Part shown: in pieces, positions 20,409-30,442 of the stretch | Layout of the letters: every line of letters begins with the position of its first letter | Numbering within the stretch: the first letter of the stretch is position 1 | Source of the DNA: an uncultured virus (IMG/VR IMGVR_UViG_3300004369_000007) | Taxonomy: Duplodnaviria; Heunggongvirae; Uroviricota; Caudoviricetes | Direction: 5' to 3' (one strand) | Length of the DNA stretch: 64,000 bases | IMG/VR virus record: IMGVR_UViG_3300004369_000007 | The notes under the pieces: model-generated | The model's input: the letters and a program-made list of their open reading frames with translations, nothing else | Told to the model about the DNA's origin: nothing | Database searches by the model: none | Made by a program: the position numbers and the translations under genes

Positions 20409-20555
20409 TCACTTTCGGCTCTCTTCGCCCATCAAACGCTTCATGTATTCTTCAACGCTTTCATCGGTGATATTTGTTCCACCGAATGCTGCGAAGAAGA
20501 GAAGCATTAAGATGACTAAAAAGAAAGCCAACCCAATCCATTCCCAAGTCGTCAT
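20409..20555 (-). CDS. Small membrane protein (48 aa; not in ORF track)
   Basis: MTTWEWIGLAFFLVILMLLFFAAFGG...; start overlaps upstream stop. Confidence 0.55.
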   Translation of the reverse strand: MTTWEWIGLAFFLVILMLLFFAAFGGTNITDESVEEYMKRLMGEESRK

Positions 20556-21157
20556 TACCAACTCACCTCCAAATTTTTGTGTTCTCCATGTTCTAAAGAA
20601 AAAGCCTTAACAATACCGTTATCCTGTCCGTATTTCCAAAGGTCATAAACTAACTGTGTGTCTTTCATACAATACTCAACTACTTCATCATATTGACCCA
20701 TTTTCCATAATTTAGGTGCATCGGAACTTTCCATTAATTTGACATCATTCATAGTGCATTTAACAAGATTTTTTAATTGAAATCTTTCACCATGTTCTTT
20801 CATAAGGATTCTTGAAGTATCAATAAACTGTTCTTCTTTGATGTATTTATTTATGCAATAAATGTCCATTGAGTCCCGAAGAACAGGTAAATCAAAAGCC
20901 TTAATGTTATGTCCTAACAATATTCCTCCTTTTTGAAAATGATTATCTAAATCATATTTAAGTTCAGATAGGGTCTTGATAGTATGGCCCGACTTAGCAA
21001 ATGAATCAACGGATTCATCTACATAAACTGTTCCTGTATTACCGTCCCAAGTAGCAACGGTTGAGACTTGAAACATATGGGTATTACTAAAGCCGCCTAT
21101 GTCATAAGACATATTTTTAGTTTCAAGGTCAATAGCCAATACTGACATATCATTCAC
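20555..21157 (-). CDS. RNase H-fold 3'-5' exonuclease (DEDD)
   Basis: AIDLETK, GHNIKAFDLP, YCMKD motifs. Confidence 0.75.
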   Translation of the reverse strand: MNDMSVLAIDLETKNMSYDIGGFSNTHMFQVSTVATWDGNTGTVYVDESVDSFAKSGHTIKTLSELKYDLDNHFQKGGILLGHNIKAFDLPVLRDSMDIYCINKYIKEEQFIDTSRILMKEHGERFQLKNLVKCTMNDVKLMESSDAPKLWKMGQYDEVVEYCMKDTQLVYDLWKYGQDNGIVKAFSLEHGEHKNLEVSW

Positions 21158-21377
21158 CGTTAGACCACAATTTACTAATCTTTTCTTCTTCCTTGTTCAC
21201 CTTTGGTTCTTCGTCAATGTCGGTTCGTCGCTTCAAAAAACAGACAATCTGCTTATTTGCTACGATTAATTGAGAACAACATTCCCAACCATCTTCACCA
21301 TAAGTGTTTAAAGTATCAATAATCACTTTTGGCCCTTTCTCAACTTGAAACACTAGGTATGTGTTTTCCCACTTCAT
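21150..21377 (-). CDS. DUF4177-like small protein
   Basis: KWE..., LNTYGEDGWE, FLKR pattern. Confidence 0.55.
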   Translation of the reverse strand: MKWENTYLVFQVEKGPKVIIDTLNTYGEDGWECCSQLIVANKQIVCFLKRRTDIDEEPKVNKEEEKISKLWSNGE

Positions 21378-22837
21378 TCTTCATCACTCCTAATTAACTT
21401 AACATAAGTCCTGTTATTTGACCCTTTTTGTTCTTCAAACTTGTGTCTAATCACATCAAAATGTCTATACACTTGCGCTCTTGACTTTTTGGCCTTAGTT
21501 CGGACTTCTGTTAAGAGTGTTGTTTTATTGACGAAACCTTCATCATCTTTCTTCATTTTGTTATAAACATCAATAAAGACTGATTCAAGCGAGTTTTCGG
21601 CTATGCTCTTGCGCTTCGCTCGGAGGCTTCGCTCAAGCCAATCCACCAATGTCATATAACATTGTCGGACGATTGTTGCCGCTTGACGAACATTATGCCC
21701 TGTAACAACGAATTGTTGGTCTTTATTCTTAATTGAAGGCGCAGAAGCCACACTACAAAGAACAGACATTTTATAGAGAATCTTCATTAAACGGGTAGTA
21801 AAATTACCCGCAATTTGAGCAACATCAGGGCGAGTATTATGAAGATACATTCTCATGCTTTCATATTCTAACTTTAGCACTTGGTTGAAATCTTCAGTAT
21901 AGCGCATTGTTTTGAGAGGGTCGCCTCCAACTTCATTAAATCGTTGTTGAGTAAGTTCATAAATCTTAAAGATAGCATTTGCATATTTATCAATTGGTTG
22001 ATTTACTTCTTCAATAGTTCCAGCCTTTTCAATTTGCTCAAGACGCATTTTATGTTGAATAAACTCAGGCACTTCCCAAACATACAAAAGCATTCTTTGA
22101 AGAACACCCTTTTCAGCCATAACATCGTTTAGATTATTAGGTGGATAAGTCATAGCCAAAACAGAACGCTCACAAAAACATTCCATAATCATACCGCCAA
22201 AGGAAGTCAAAGCCTTAGAAATAACCCAAGACTCACCTGCTAATGAGTTCATCAAAGTATTTAGATAAACAATTGAGTTTTCTTTATGCTGACTTTGTTT
22301 AAAGATACCAGAATATTCAAACTCATCCCAATGAGCAAGACCATTTCCTTCTAAAACTCCAGGCCTTCGCACATATTCAACTTCATCCTCATCATTCATT
22401 TCTTTATCATAACCACCAATAAGAACAGAATCAGTATAATCCGTTACGCCAAAAGTATTGAAAATGCGGTTCATAGGTAAGTTATTACGAATAAACGGAG
22501 GGTGTTTGTTGCTAGAATTAATCATAGAAAATGTTTGTTCAGCAACAGGCCCAACAAAGTTCCACATTGTAGATTTTCCAGTTCCGCTAGTTTGCACCCA
22601 ACAAAAATGTATTCTAGTATCTTCGTGGTTTCTTCCATTAGGAATCGTGATAAAATCTTTCACGATTTGACCTAAAATATTGAAAAAGCAAATACCAGCA
22701 GGAATATCATTATAGTGTGATACTTCAACTGCTGATGCTTGAAACTCTCTAACAACTCTTGGTAATGCTTCGCTAAAAACACCTGCATTAGTTTCAAGTA
22801 ATTCCATATATTCTTCTTCATCGTATTCTTCATTCAT
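21374..22837 (-). CDS. AAA+ (MCM-related) putative replicative helicase with C-terminal wHTH
   Basis: Walker A TSGTGKS, Walker B HWDEFE, LQR arginine finger, TTR.L sensor 2; next to primase. Confidence 0.6.
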   Translation of the reverse strand: MNEEYDEEEYMELLETNAGVFSEALPRVVREFQASAVEVSHYNDIPAGICFFNILGQIVKDFITIPNGRNHEDTRIHFCWVQTSGTGKSTMWNFVGPVAEQTFSMINSSNKHPPFIRNNLPMNRIFNTFGVTDYTDSVLIGGYDKEMNDEDEVEYVRRPGVLEGNGLAHWDEFEYSGIFKQSQHKENSIVYLNTLMNSLAGESWVISKALTSFGGMIMECFCERSVLAMTYPPNNLNDVMAEKGVLQRMLLYVWEVPEFIQHKMRLEQIEKAGTIEEVNQPIDKYANAIFKIYELTQQRFNEVGGDPLKTMRYTEDFNQVLKLEYESMRMYLHNTRPDVAQIAGNFTTRLMKILYKMSVLCSVASAPSIKNKDQQFVVTGHNVRQAATIVRQCYMTLVDWLERSLRAKRKSIAENSLESVFIDVYNKMKKDDEGFVNKTTLLTEVRTKAKKSRAQVYRHFDVIRHKFEEQKGSNNRTYVKLIRSDEE

Positions 22838-23523
22838 ATTTTCACCTTCTCTTCTGAGTTTAATGTGGAGATAATTCTTTTGGCTAAGGTTTCTCCAATA
22901 CCTTCAATGGCTTGTAATTCAAACGCTGAACATTCACCTATTTCCATAATAGAGCCAAATTCTTTTATTAACTTTTTTGCTTTCTTTATTGAAACGCCTT
23001 TAATGCTAGTCAATAAATCAAGCCTTAAATCATCGGTTGTTAATCTTTTAAATACTTGAGGTGCAATTACATCTCTTTGCATCGGTTTCATTTTGCTAAC
23101 TGCCGTGATAATAAGTGCGGCCTCTTCTTCTGTTTCTACCCATATTGGTTTAATATCAGTATCAAGAATAAGTCTGCCTATTGCCCCAAGAAACTTATTG
23201 TTTAACATAATACTTCTTGTTCCGATAGGCATTTTGTTAGGAGAGTTTTCAATAACATTCATAATTGCTTCATCAAGACTACCATGAATAATTACTACAT
23301 TTGTTTTGTAATGCCTATCCATATTATCAACTTGAGTCCATAATCTTTTTGACATTACTGAACCTAAGAAATCAGTCGTGGATTTTGCTTCAAAACAAAC
23401 ATCATCATAAACATAATCACCAATCTCAATCCAACGCTGTTCAAAAGGAATCTGTAATCCTTTTGCTTTCTGCATAACTAGTTTGGCTAGTTTTGATTTT
23501 TCTCTTGAATCAACTATCAACAT
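22834..23523 (-). CDS. ERCC4/XPF (Hef-like) nuclease with HhH motifs
   Basis: IVDSRE, GDY, EAKS..DF, IKGVS and IEGIG HhH repeats. Confidence 0.85.
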   Translation of the reverse strand: MLIVDSREKSKLAKLVMQKAKGLQIPFEQRWIEIGDYVYDDVCFEAKSTTDFLGSVMSKRLWTQVDNMDRHYKTNVVIIHGSLDEAIMNVIENSPNKMPIGTRSIMLNNKFLGAIGRLILDTDIKPIWVETEEEAALIITAVSKMKPMQRDVIAPQVFKRLTTDDLRLDLLTSIKGVSIKKAKKLIKEFGSIMEIGECSAFELQAIEGIGETLAKRIISTLNSEEKVKI

Positions 23524-24550
23524 CGGGGAACCTCCAACATTTACCTACACAATATCCTTCACTAATTAATTTATCACAATGGGGAGTATTGTAGTTATTG
23601 AATACTGTAAATCTTGCGTGTTTTCTCGTTTCGTTTTTATCCCAATCTAACCAAACAGAATCGGAATCAGCAAATACTCTTTCAAGTTCTTCAACGACTA
23701 ACTCAAGTGTTTGCATTTTTTGTTGTCCTGAAACCAAATCACGGTAGCCCGAAATCAAATCACGATACCATGAAACAAGGTAAGCCCTTGACATATGAGA
23801 GGGATTCTCCGTCATTACTGCATTATGCAAACAGGGCAACATTGGGAGTTTTCCTATTGTTTTTGGAACAGAAATCTCACCCTCCATCGTCGCCATAGGG
23901 GGTGCATCGGGAAACAGCACCTCGTTTTTTCCCTCCTTTTTGAAGGGGATAAGGCGAGGCTCTTTCGCAATTTCAAGAATATCTTCAAGTTCACACATAA
24001 GGTCAAACCGTGTCAAGGGTATGCAATAATAAGGATTACCATTTTCATCCGAAGATGACATATTCACGGTGTTTGGAATACGGCGCAATCTCGTAGTTTG
24101 CCCTACCCTATCATCAAGACTATTTTTGCTACCCACTTTTGAACATAAGTATGCCTTAATATCTCGGAAAAAGGTTTGAACATTTCTCATATTCTTTGTT
24201 CTCTTACCAAATAAAAACAAATGAAATCCACGACCTGAAAAGAAAAGAGTATGCAAATAATCTTTTTGATGGACTAATTGCATTACCACTTTAACATCCC
24301 TCCAAGCCAAATCTAAGTCATTTTCGTGTGCATCAAAATCAAGAAAAACTCTATCAATAATAACAGAGGATTCTATTTTTGCTTTTTCCGAAAAATGTTC
24401 AAAGTCATAGACAGTAGTATATACATTCGTCCTGTTATTTTGAGCATTAATAAAGTCAGCATAATCATTCCTCGTTAAGACGACTTTTCTTTTCATTTGT
24501 GGGGCGTTCTTGATGTGGCTCCCCGCCCACACTTCCCTCGGAAATCTCAT
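23510..24550 (-). CDS. Archaeo-eukaryotic primase, PriS fused to PriL-type Fe-S domain
   Basis: FLDFD, FSGRGFH, RLRRIPNT; C-terminal LPCL, H..R, PHC...CVGKC. Confidence 0.8.
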   Translation of the reverse strand: MRFPREVWAGSHIKNAPQMKRKVVLTRNDYADFINAQNNRTNVYTTVYDFEHFSEKAKIESSVIIDRVFLDFDAHENDLDLAWRDVKVVMQLVHQKDYLHTLFFSGRGFHLFLFGKRTKNMRNVQTFFRDIKAYLCSKVGSKNSLDDRVGQTTRLRRIPNTVNMSSSDENGNPYYCIPLTRFDLMCELEDILEIAKEPRLIPFKKEGKNEVLFPDAPPMATMEGEISVPKTIGKLPMLPCLHNAVMTENPSHMSRAYLVSWYRDLISGYRDLVSGQQKMQTLELVVEELERVFADSDSVWLDWDKNETRKHARFTVFNNYNTPHCDKLISEGYCVGKCWRFPDVDS

Positions 24551-24839
24551 TATTATTACCTCCAAAACTAATTGTTGCACCATTCAATAATTGCTTCATC
24601 ACCATAGCGATTTCGCCATTTAATACTGTCATTACAGTAAGTTTGAGAACATCTTCAAAATATGCCCCCACATAGTCCTCTTTGATTCTCAAATCTTGGA
24701 CAAGTTTAAACTTTTCAATGAGACTCATTTCTGAATAAATATCTTGTGATAAAGATACTATTGTATCATTAAGATTTGAAATCTCATTAAATGTCCAATT
24801 TTTTGACAGGACTTTCTTTTCAATCAGTTCTTTCATCAT
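24465..24839 (-). CDS. Hypothetical protein
   Basis: Likely start MMKELIEK overlapping the upstream stop. Confidence 0.5.
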   Translation of the reverse strand: MMKELIEKKVLSKNWTFNEISNLNDTIVSLSQDIYSEMSLIEKFKLVQDLRIKEDYVGAYFEDVLKLTVMTVLNGEIAMVMKQLLNGATISFGGNNNEISEGSVGGEPHQERPTNEKKSRLNEE

Positions 24840-25783
24840 AGCCACGCATCCTCTTGTGCCGCAGGACAAATACCATAATAAGAACAATATTCGGAACAGG
24901 ATTGTCTCCAAAAACTAGTAGGGAAATCTACTTCCTCAAATGCTTTTTGTTCATAAGTATATACCAACTTAGCCATGTTTTCTAAAAGAGCCGTCATTGA
25001 CCTTTTCTTAACAGGTTCAACCGTAATGTGATTAGCAACAGGATAATACCAACCCCAATGACTAACCTCCATGTCTTTTGTTAAACCGTGTTTTTCTAAA
25101 ACTTCTTCGGGTGCATTTTCAATCATCAACTGATAAAAAGCCATCTCTTGACGCATAGAAGATGCTTTAGATTCTTTCCAACTTCCTGTCTTAAATTCAA
25201 AGGGAATAAGTTTGCCGTTTTCAATAAATACACGGTCAATGATACCTTGAAGGCGAATAACATAATCTCTTTGTAATGGATATTTCTTACTCGTATTCTT
25301 ACGAAGAGTAAATTCACAATCAAACTGCTTCTCATTAATAATAGGTAAAAACTCATGTATTCTATTTTCTGTTCTTGCTTCAATAAATCGCTGTGCTTCA
25401 AAAGCAGCAACCGTCAGAGAAATGTCAAAATAATCATCAACAGGCATAAGAGAAGTGCAGTATTCCAGCACTTCAGAATTGTTCATCTGTTCTGCTTTCT
25501 TAATATCAAACTCATCAAAGAATGCTTCTCGGCTATTGTGAAGAATAGTTCCTTTCCGCATAGCCTCGGTTTGGTCTTGAGGCAAACGCTGAATATATGA
25601 GAAATCATACTTCTTAGGACACCAAGAAAAAGCACCAACAAGAGAAGATTTGCTAATTTTTAGAATCGGTTTTGAAGGGTCGTCATAATTTTCGGGCGAC
25701 CAATCGTAAGTATATTCTCTCATTGATTTAATTCTTGCTTCATATTTTTCATCTGTGTTCATCTTTTCACCACCATTCATCAA
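24836..25783 (-). CDS. Cas4/AddB-like PD-(D/E)XK exonuclease
   Basis: WCPKK, GTILH, GIIDRV, EFKTG, EMAFY, C-terminal C..YC.Y..IC Fe-S ligands. Confidence 0.8.
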   Translation of the reverse strand: MMNGGEKMNTDEKYEARIKSMREYTYDWSPENYDDPSKPILKISKSSLVGAFSWCPKKYDFSYIQRLPQDQTEAMRKGTILHNSREAFFDEFDIKKAEQMNNSEVLEYCTSLMPVDDYFDISLTVAAFEAQRFIEARTENRIHEFLPIINEKQFDCEFTLRKNTSKKYPLQRDYVIRLQGIIDRVFIENGKLIPFEFKTGSWKESKASSMRQEMAFYQLMIENAPEEVLEKHGLTKDMEVSHWGWYYPVANHITVEPVKKRSMTALLENMAKLVYTYEQKAFEEVDFPTSFWRQSCSEYCSYYGICPAAQEDAWL

Positions 25784-26663
25784 GGCTTGCTTGTATTTTT
25801 CCCGTCCGTATGGACGCTATATCCCACCCCATCGCCTTGAAAATGGGTTCGGCCTTCTTGACTACTTGTTGAGAATAGAAGTCCCAATCGGGACTACAAC
25901 CCTCAAAATCCTCGTAAGTTATGCCTGATAAGTATTCAACTTCTCGCTTTTCTTGAGTTAAAGGATGGGTATAGAAATCATTTACCCTCTTAACTTTTAA
26001 GAAGAGATAAGAGTCATCAAAATTAGTGTTTTTCTTTTCCCATGCGTATAAAACACCAGCAATTCCTGAACCGATAGTAGGTTTCTTTCCTTCAAGAGTA
26101 GTAAATTCTTTTGTTGGCGTAGCGCACTTTTCGCAAACTTTGTGCGGTAAAGTAGAACAGTCTCTTAAATTGTATGTAGTATTTTTACAATTGGGGCATT
26201 TAACAGTAAATCTGTTTTTCCTAAGACGGCTTCTCTTGATAATAGAAGCAAGAGGAATTTCACCTTTACTTACTGCACTAAAAGTTTCATGTAAATACTT
26301 AGTAATTTCCGCATAAGATTTTTGTTCAACCCACATTTTAAGAGTATTAGTTTGCACTTCTTTTGCTAATTTAGTTTCACTAACACGCTTTGCAGTAAAA
26401 CCAGTCATACTAAACTTTGGCTTATCTAACCATTCTCCATCTTCCCAAGAAACTAGTCCAGCGTTGCGGTTCTTTGTTGTTCCAACACCCAAAGCAGAAT
26501 AGTATTTCTCAAATTCAAGAACAACAGGATGATTTTCTAGTCCCATTACATTAGGAAAATGCTCTCGCACTTTTGCCTCAATCTGCTTAATTGCAGATTG
26601 AGCAGTTTCAACAGAATCAATTTGCACATAAATTGAATCTGTGTGTCCATATACTACTTTCAT
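25767..26663 (-). CDS. polB: Family B DNA polymerase, C-terminal half (motif C YGHTDS, thumb, Zn insert)
   Basis: VVYGHTDSIYV, LEFEK.Y, TKNRNAG, CPNC...CEKC insert. Confidence 0.85.
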   Translation of the reverse strand: MKVVYGHTDSIYVQIDSVETAQSAIKQIEAKVREHFPNVMGLENHPVVLEFEKYYSALGVGTTKNRNAGLVSWEDGEWLDKPKFSMTGFTAKRVSETKLAKEVQTNTLKMWVEQKSYAEITKYLHETFSAVSKGEIPLASIIKRSRLRKNRFTVKCPNCKNTTYNLRDCSTLPHKVCEKCATPTKEFTTLEGKKPTIGSGIAGVLYAWEKKNTNFDDSYLFLKVKRVNDFYTHPLTQEKREVEYLSGITYEDFEGCSPDWDFYSQQVVKKAEPIFKAMGWDIASIRTGKIQASLDEWW

Positions 26664-26667
26664 ACAA

Positions 26668-26862
26668 TCACCTTAGAGTAAAAAGCATACCAACAGGTTG
26701 CTTTTGCATTTTAGCAACTTCCTCTTGGAGTTCCATAATCTGGCTCTTAATTAATTGGAGAGAACGAAGTTTGATTTCCATATCCTCTAATTCGTTTTCT
26801 AAATGTTCTTTCATTTTCTTAATTTCTTTTAATGCTTCAAAATAAAATTCTTCATCTCTCAT
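26668..26862 (-). CDS. Small coiled-coil protein
   Basis: 64-aa ORF with heptad pattern. Confidence 0.5.
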   Translation of the reverse strand: MRDEEFYFEALKEIKKMKEHLENELEDMEIKLRSLQLIKSQIMELQEEVAKMQKQPVGMLFTLR

Positions 26863-26987
26863 AATACCACCACCAGTAGCGTAATGATAGTCGCAATATT
26901 TACTATATTAACCATCATCAAAATCTTGTTGCTTCTATTTATCATGGCTAGCAACTCTTCCAATAATTCATTCGTTCTGTCCATCAT
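26859..26987 (-). CDS. Small membrane-anchored protein (42 aa; not in ORF track)
   Basis: MMDRTNELLEELLAMINRSNKILMMVNIVNIATIITLLVVVL; stop overlaps next start. Confidence 0.5.
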   Translation of the reverse strand: MMDRTNELLEELLAMINRSNKILMMVNIVNIATIITLLVVVL

Positions 26988-27138
26988 CACTATTAACACC
27001 TTGTTCAACTTCTATAATGATAGCATGACGCTTTAAATTATTCATCATTTGAAATAACTCTTTTACCTCTTGTAAAGTAATATCCCAAGTTTCTTCCGTA
27101 TCATATGATACTTTAATAGTTACATATTTAGTTTTCAT
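26968..27138 (-). CDS. Small hypothetical protein (56 aa; not in ORF track)
   Basis: MKTKYVTIKVSYDTEETWDITLQEVKELF... Confidence 0.45.
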   Translation of the reverse strand: MKTKYVTIKVSYDTEETWDITLQEVKELFQMMNNLKRHAIIIEVEQGVNSDDGQNE

Positions 27139-27215
27139 TTTTCCATCTCCATTGTCTATAACAATTCCAGCAATATCCGTGATTTGGGTGAACGGCTTTT
27201 CTACTTTTACATCTT

Positions 27216-27983
27216 TTACATTCCTTCATAATCATCCCAACTCCATATTTCGTCAAGGTTGTATCTGTTTTTATTTTTGTTTTTTTGGCTTAAAGTTATT
27301 TTTTGACCTTTACCTATGTTATCAACAAGCCACATCATGCTTGATTTCTGGCTATTAATTTCAATATACTTATGAAGTTCTTTTGCAGAATCCTGCAAAT
27401 CCTTTAGGTTGGCCTTTGCTTGTTTAATATTTAATTCAAGGTTATTTTTTTCTCTAAACATAGAAGCATTACGCATTTTATGAATTTTTTGAAAAATAAA
27501 AGGATATATTTCATTAAAAATAAAATAAGGATTTCCTAATTCCTTTTCGCCCCAATCTTTGATATTAAACTCTACCATATTCTTACCAAAAGTTTCTTTC
27601 TTTTTTTCAGAAGATTCTCCATGATTCCAGACTTCAATTGCTAAATATTCCCCTCTTAAATGTCCTTTAGTCCATCTAATACAAACATCAGGTATTAGTC
27701 CTAACAATTTTTTTTCCATCTCTATGGAGGCTGATTTTAGGTAAAGGGAGTCTTGATTCATCAAGAGCATTTCATAAATTAATTCTTTAACATAAAGATG
27801 CTTTTGTCCTTCCCCACTACAAGTAAATTCGCCTTTATGAGCAAAGTGGTGAGTTCGGATTTCGCCCTTTTTAGGAATCATTTTTCCGTTGCATTCAAGG
27901 CAAGTGTATTCAGCACCCCTTAATGCTTTATTAATGGTGATTCTGTTATCACCATCTAAGGCTACCCAAAATTGAATACTCAA
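27216..27983 (-). CDS. CoiA-like Zn finger plus PD-(D/E)XK nuclease
   Basis: YTCLECNG...HHFAHK...C..E..KH, IPDV, LAIEV. Confidence 0.65.
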   Translation of the reverse strand: MSIQFWVALDGDNRITINKALRGAEYTCLECNGKMIPKKGEIRTHHFAHKGEFTCSGEGQKHLYVKELIYEMLLMNQDSLYLKSASIEMEKKLLGLIPDVCIRWTKGHLRGEYLAIEVWNHGESSEKKKETFGKNMVEFNIKDWGEKELGNPYFIFNEIYPFIFQKIHKMRNASMFREKNNLELNIKQAKANLKDLQDSAKELHKYIEINSQKSSMMWLVDNIGKGQKITLSQKNKNKNRYNLDEIWSWDDYEGM

Positions 27984-29668
27984 AGTTTCATCTCCTTTGC
28001 TGCAAATGCGGCTAATCTAATTGCTTCTCTTGCGCTGGCCGTGATACTTGCGGCTAAATCAACATCAGCCCAACTGAATCCTTGAAAGGCAACAATACCA
28101 TAGAAAGAAGCCATTAATCTCTTAACAGCCATTTGATTGTTATACCACTTCGCATATTCGCCATTGTCCGTTTCTCTCGCCTCTCGCATCAGTCGTTTAT
28201 ATTCGTTGCGGAGTTCCTTCAACTCAAGAACGGCTCTCGGCAACAAGCCAAGTTTATCTGTTTTGTAGTATAGCATTTGTTTATGTTTAACATCGCTAAA
28301 ATCTCTCGGAGTTAGAATATTAACTCCAAACTCAGTTGGCTCAACAGATTTTGTCTCCCAAGAAATGTTTCGTGCAATCATCATTGAAGGATATAGACCA
28401 GCAAAATCAAAAGCCGCTACATTGAGGTGCAAACCATTGGTTCCTTCGCTTAGTGGGTCGTAAATCATAGCACCTTCATATTCTTGTCTTTCATCTACTT
28501 TACTACCTGTTGGTGCTTTCCAATCAGCATTTCGCATAAAGTAAATAGAACCCATATGAGAAGCATAGAAACAAGCATCAAATGGTGCTTTCAGTAGTCG
28601 TTGAAGAGAAATAATTGCTTCACTACAAAAGTTCTTCTCATCAATTTCAACCATCAATTCAACATCTCTTAAAGCATATTGAAGATAAGTCGCTGTATCT
28701 TCTAACCAAGCCCTGCGATAAAATTCATTGGTGTCTGGAAACTTTTCAGATACTAACTTCTTTTTACCAAGAACCGTTTCACCGATATAGTCAAGAGAAA
28801 GAGAAGGTAATGTTCCTCTTTGAGAATCATTCCATTGTCTTTCAAATGCTAAGTCTAAAGACAGGGTAATTCTTCCACCAATGGGTTGTTCAATTGGAGA
28901 AAAACCTTTTTCCGAATATTTCGGAGAAAAACCTTCTTTCATAGAATTAAATCCCTTGACTGTTGCCGTTGGTGAAATAATGCGTGGGTCAAGACCCACC
29001 GCAGAAGCCCGTTCAAATAACTTTGGTAAATCAGCAAAATGACCGAACCAAGCAATTAACATATCGGGGTCTTTAATAATCACGGTGTTCATAAAATCCT
29101 CAATCATTTCTTTTTCTGATGAGAAAAAACGCACAGAACAGTTAGAAGGTGGGCAAATATCTCCTTCTAAAATAACATCAGCCAAATCTTTTTTAGTGTC
29201 ATCTTTAGGCCACCACACCCATTGAATGTATTCTTCGTCGTAATTATCATAAACTACAATTGTAGTTAATTGGTCGTGATAGTCTCCACCTTGCGCCCAT
29301 TCCATATCCCAATACCACTTACGCAGTTTATATTCGGGCATTTCATCTAACTCATCAACGCAATAACGAAAATGATAAGGAACATCTGCTTCATAGGTTT
29401 CCCTAAACTCATTTTTAGCATTACTAATATCTTGTGCTGACTCAACAAATACTTTTTTCAAAGGTTGTCCTGTAAGATTAACCCAATCGCCACGCTGATA
29501 CTCAAAATCCCTAGTAAGATATTTAGTAGGTTTATAGTGAGGTCGCTCAGGTTCATCTTGTAAAACATAGAAGTAAGGTCTAAAGGGAACAATTTCATGT
29601 TTTTTCTCTCCGTTTTCTCTCCAAGACTTATATATTCTCATTCCATCATTCATTTTACTAATTATCAT
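27980..29668 (-). CDS. polB: Family B DNA polymerase, N-terminal half (exonuclease, motifs A and B)
   Basis: YWDMEW, YALRDV, FDFAGLYPS, KRLMASFYG, ITASARE. Confidence 0.9.
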   Translation of the reverse strand: MIISKMNDGMRIYKSWRENGEKKHEIVPFRPYFYVLQDEPERPHYKPTKYLTRDFEYQRGDWVNLTGQPLKKVFVESAQDISNAKNEFRETYEADVPYHFRYCVDELDEMPEYKLRKWYWDMEWAQGGDYHDQLTTIVVYDNYDEEYIQWVWWPKDDTKKDLADVILEGDICPPSNCSVRFFSSEKEMIEDFMNTVIIKDPDMLIAWFGHFADLPKLFERASAVGLDPRIISPTATVKGFNSMKEGFSPKYSEKGFSPIEQPIGGRITLSLDLAFERQWNDSQRGTLPSLSLDYIGETVLGKKKLVSEKFPDTNEFYRRAWLEDTATYLQYALRDVELMVEIDEKNFCSEAIISLQRLLKAPFDACFYASHMGSIYFMRNADWKAPTGSKVDERQEYEGAMIYDPLSEGTNGLHLNVAAFDFAGLYPSMMIARNISWETKSVEPTEFGVNILTPRDFSDVKHKQMLYYKTDKLGLLPRAVLELKELRNEYKRLMREARETDNGEYAKWYNNQMAVKRLMASFYGIVAFQGFSWADVDLAASITASAREAIRLAAFAAKEMKL

Positions 29669-29674
29669 TATTAT

Positions 29675-30442
29675 TCACCCTGAAATATGTGGTGCTTTCA
29701 ACAGTATTCTATCATTCGCTACTACTAAAAGAGGAAAATCATCTTTTAGATAAAAATTCAACATCTGGTCTTTCTCAAAGAAAGCATAAATTGGCGAACT
29801 AAACTCCACCGTAGCAGGTTCTCCCATAGGAAAAGCAGGAGTTATTGTTTCTTCGTATTTGTTTGTAACATTTTGGCGTGTTGAGACATTCAACACCCCA
29901 TTATTAAAATCAAACTTATACACTCCACTTTTGACTAATTCACAGGCTTTAATTGCATCCTGTAATTGTCTTTGTGTAAGAGTAAATGCACCTTCAAACT
30001 TGGATTTACCAAAGTTAAAAAATGTCTGCGGCTGAATTTCATATGAAATAGGATTCATCATGTTTTGCATTCTTGAAATAGCATCAGCATTTGGATGATT
30101 TACTACTAAAGGAATTGAGGCTTTCTTTGTTCCGCAACTGATAAGAATAAAATCATTCACAGAAAAAATAATATTCTCACCACTAAAGTTTTTTAGATAG
30201 GGAATAACGGTTTCACTATTTAAACAAACCCTGCCTTGTTCTTCAACCTCGGCATCAATATTAATTTTAACACAAAAAGTAGCATTTCCATTCCAGACTT
30301 CAATAGAAGCAGTATCGGCTACCAAATAAGCATAAGTGCCGAAATTAGTTGAGCCAAATCCACTATTAGTGGTTCCTTTACCTTTCACTTGAACACTTTC
30401 TAATGCATTCTTTAGGGCATCGCTATCAATTATGAATTTCAA
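29675..30442 (-). CDS. Putative sliding clamp (PCNA/beta-clamp fold)
   Basis: 255 aa, two similar alpha/beta domains, ends PLL...LKAP; between polB and RFC. Confidence 0.6.
   Translation of the reverse strand: MKFIIDSDALKNALESVQVKGKGTTNSGFGSTNFGTYAYLVADTASIEVWNGNATFCVKINIDAEVEEQGRVCLNSETVIPYLKNFSGENIIFSVNDFILISCGTKKASIPLVVNHPNADAISRMQNMMNPISYEIQPQTFFNFGKSKFEGAFTLTQRQLQDAIKACELVKSGVYKFDFNNGVLNVSTRQNVTNKYEETITPAFPMGEPATVEFSSPIYAFFEKDQMLNFYLKDDFPLLVVANDRILLKAPHISG

Noticed and set aside
20128..20610. 160-aa + strand ORF and the many other antisense ORFs in the track
   Set aside because: Shadow frames of better-supported genes on the opposite strand; no RBS or motifs
24836..25783. Cas4-like nuclease as a CRISPR-Cas component
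   Set aside because: Solitary within the replication operon; such nucleases are common in archaeal viruses
26664..27979. Intein or self-splicing intron interrupting polB
   Set aside because: No intein terminal motifs on either half; the gap is filled with ordinary coupled ORFs; no intron core recognised by eye
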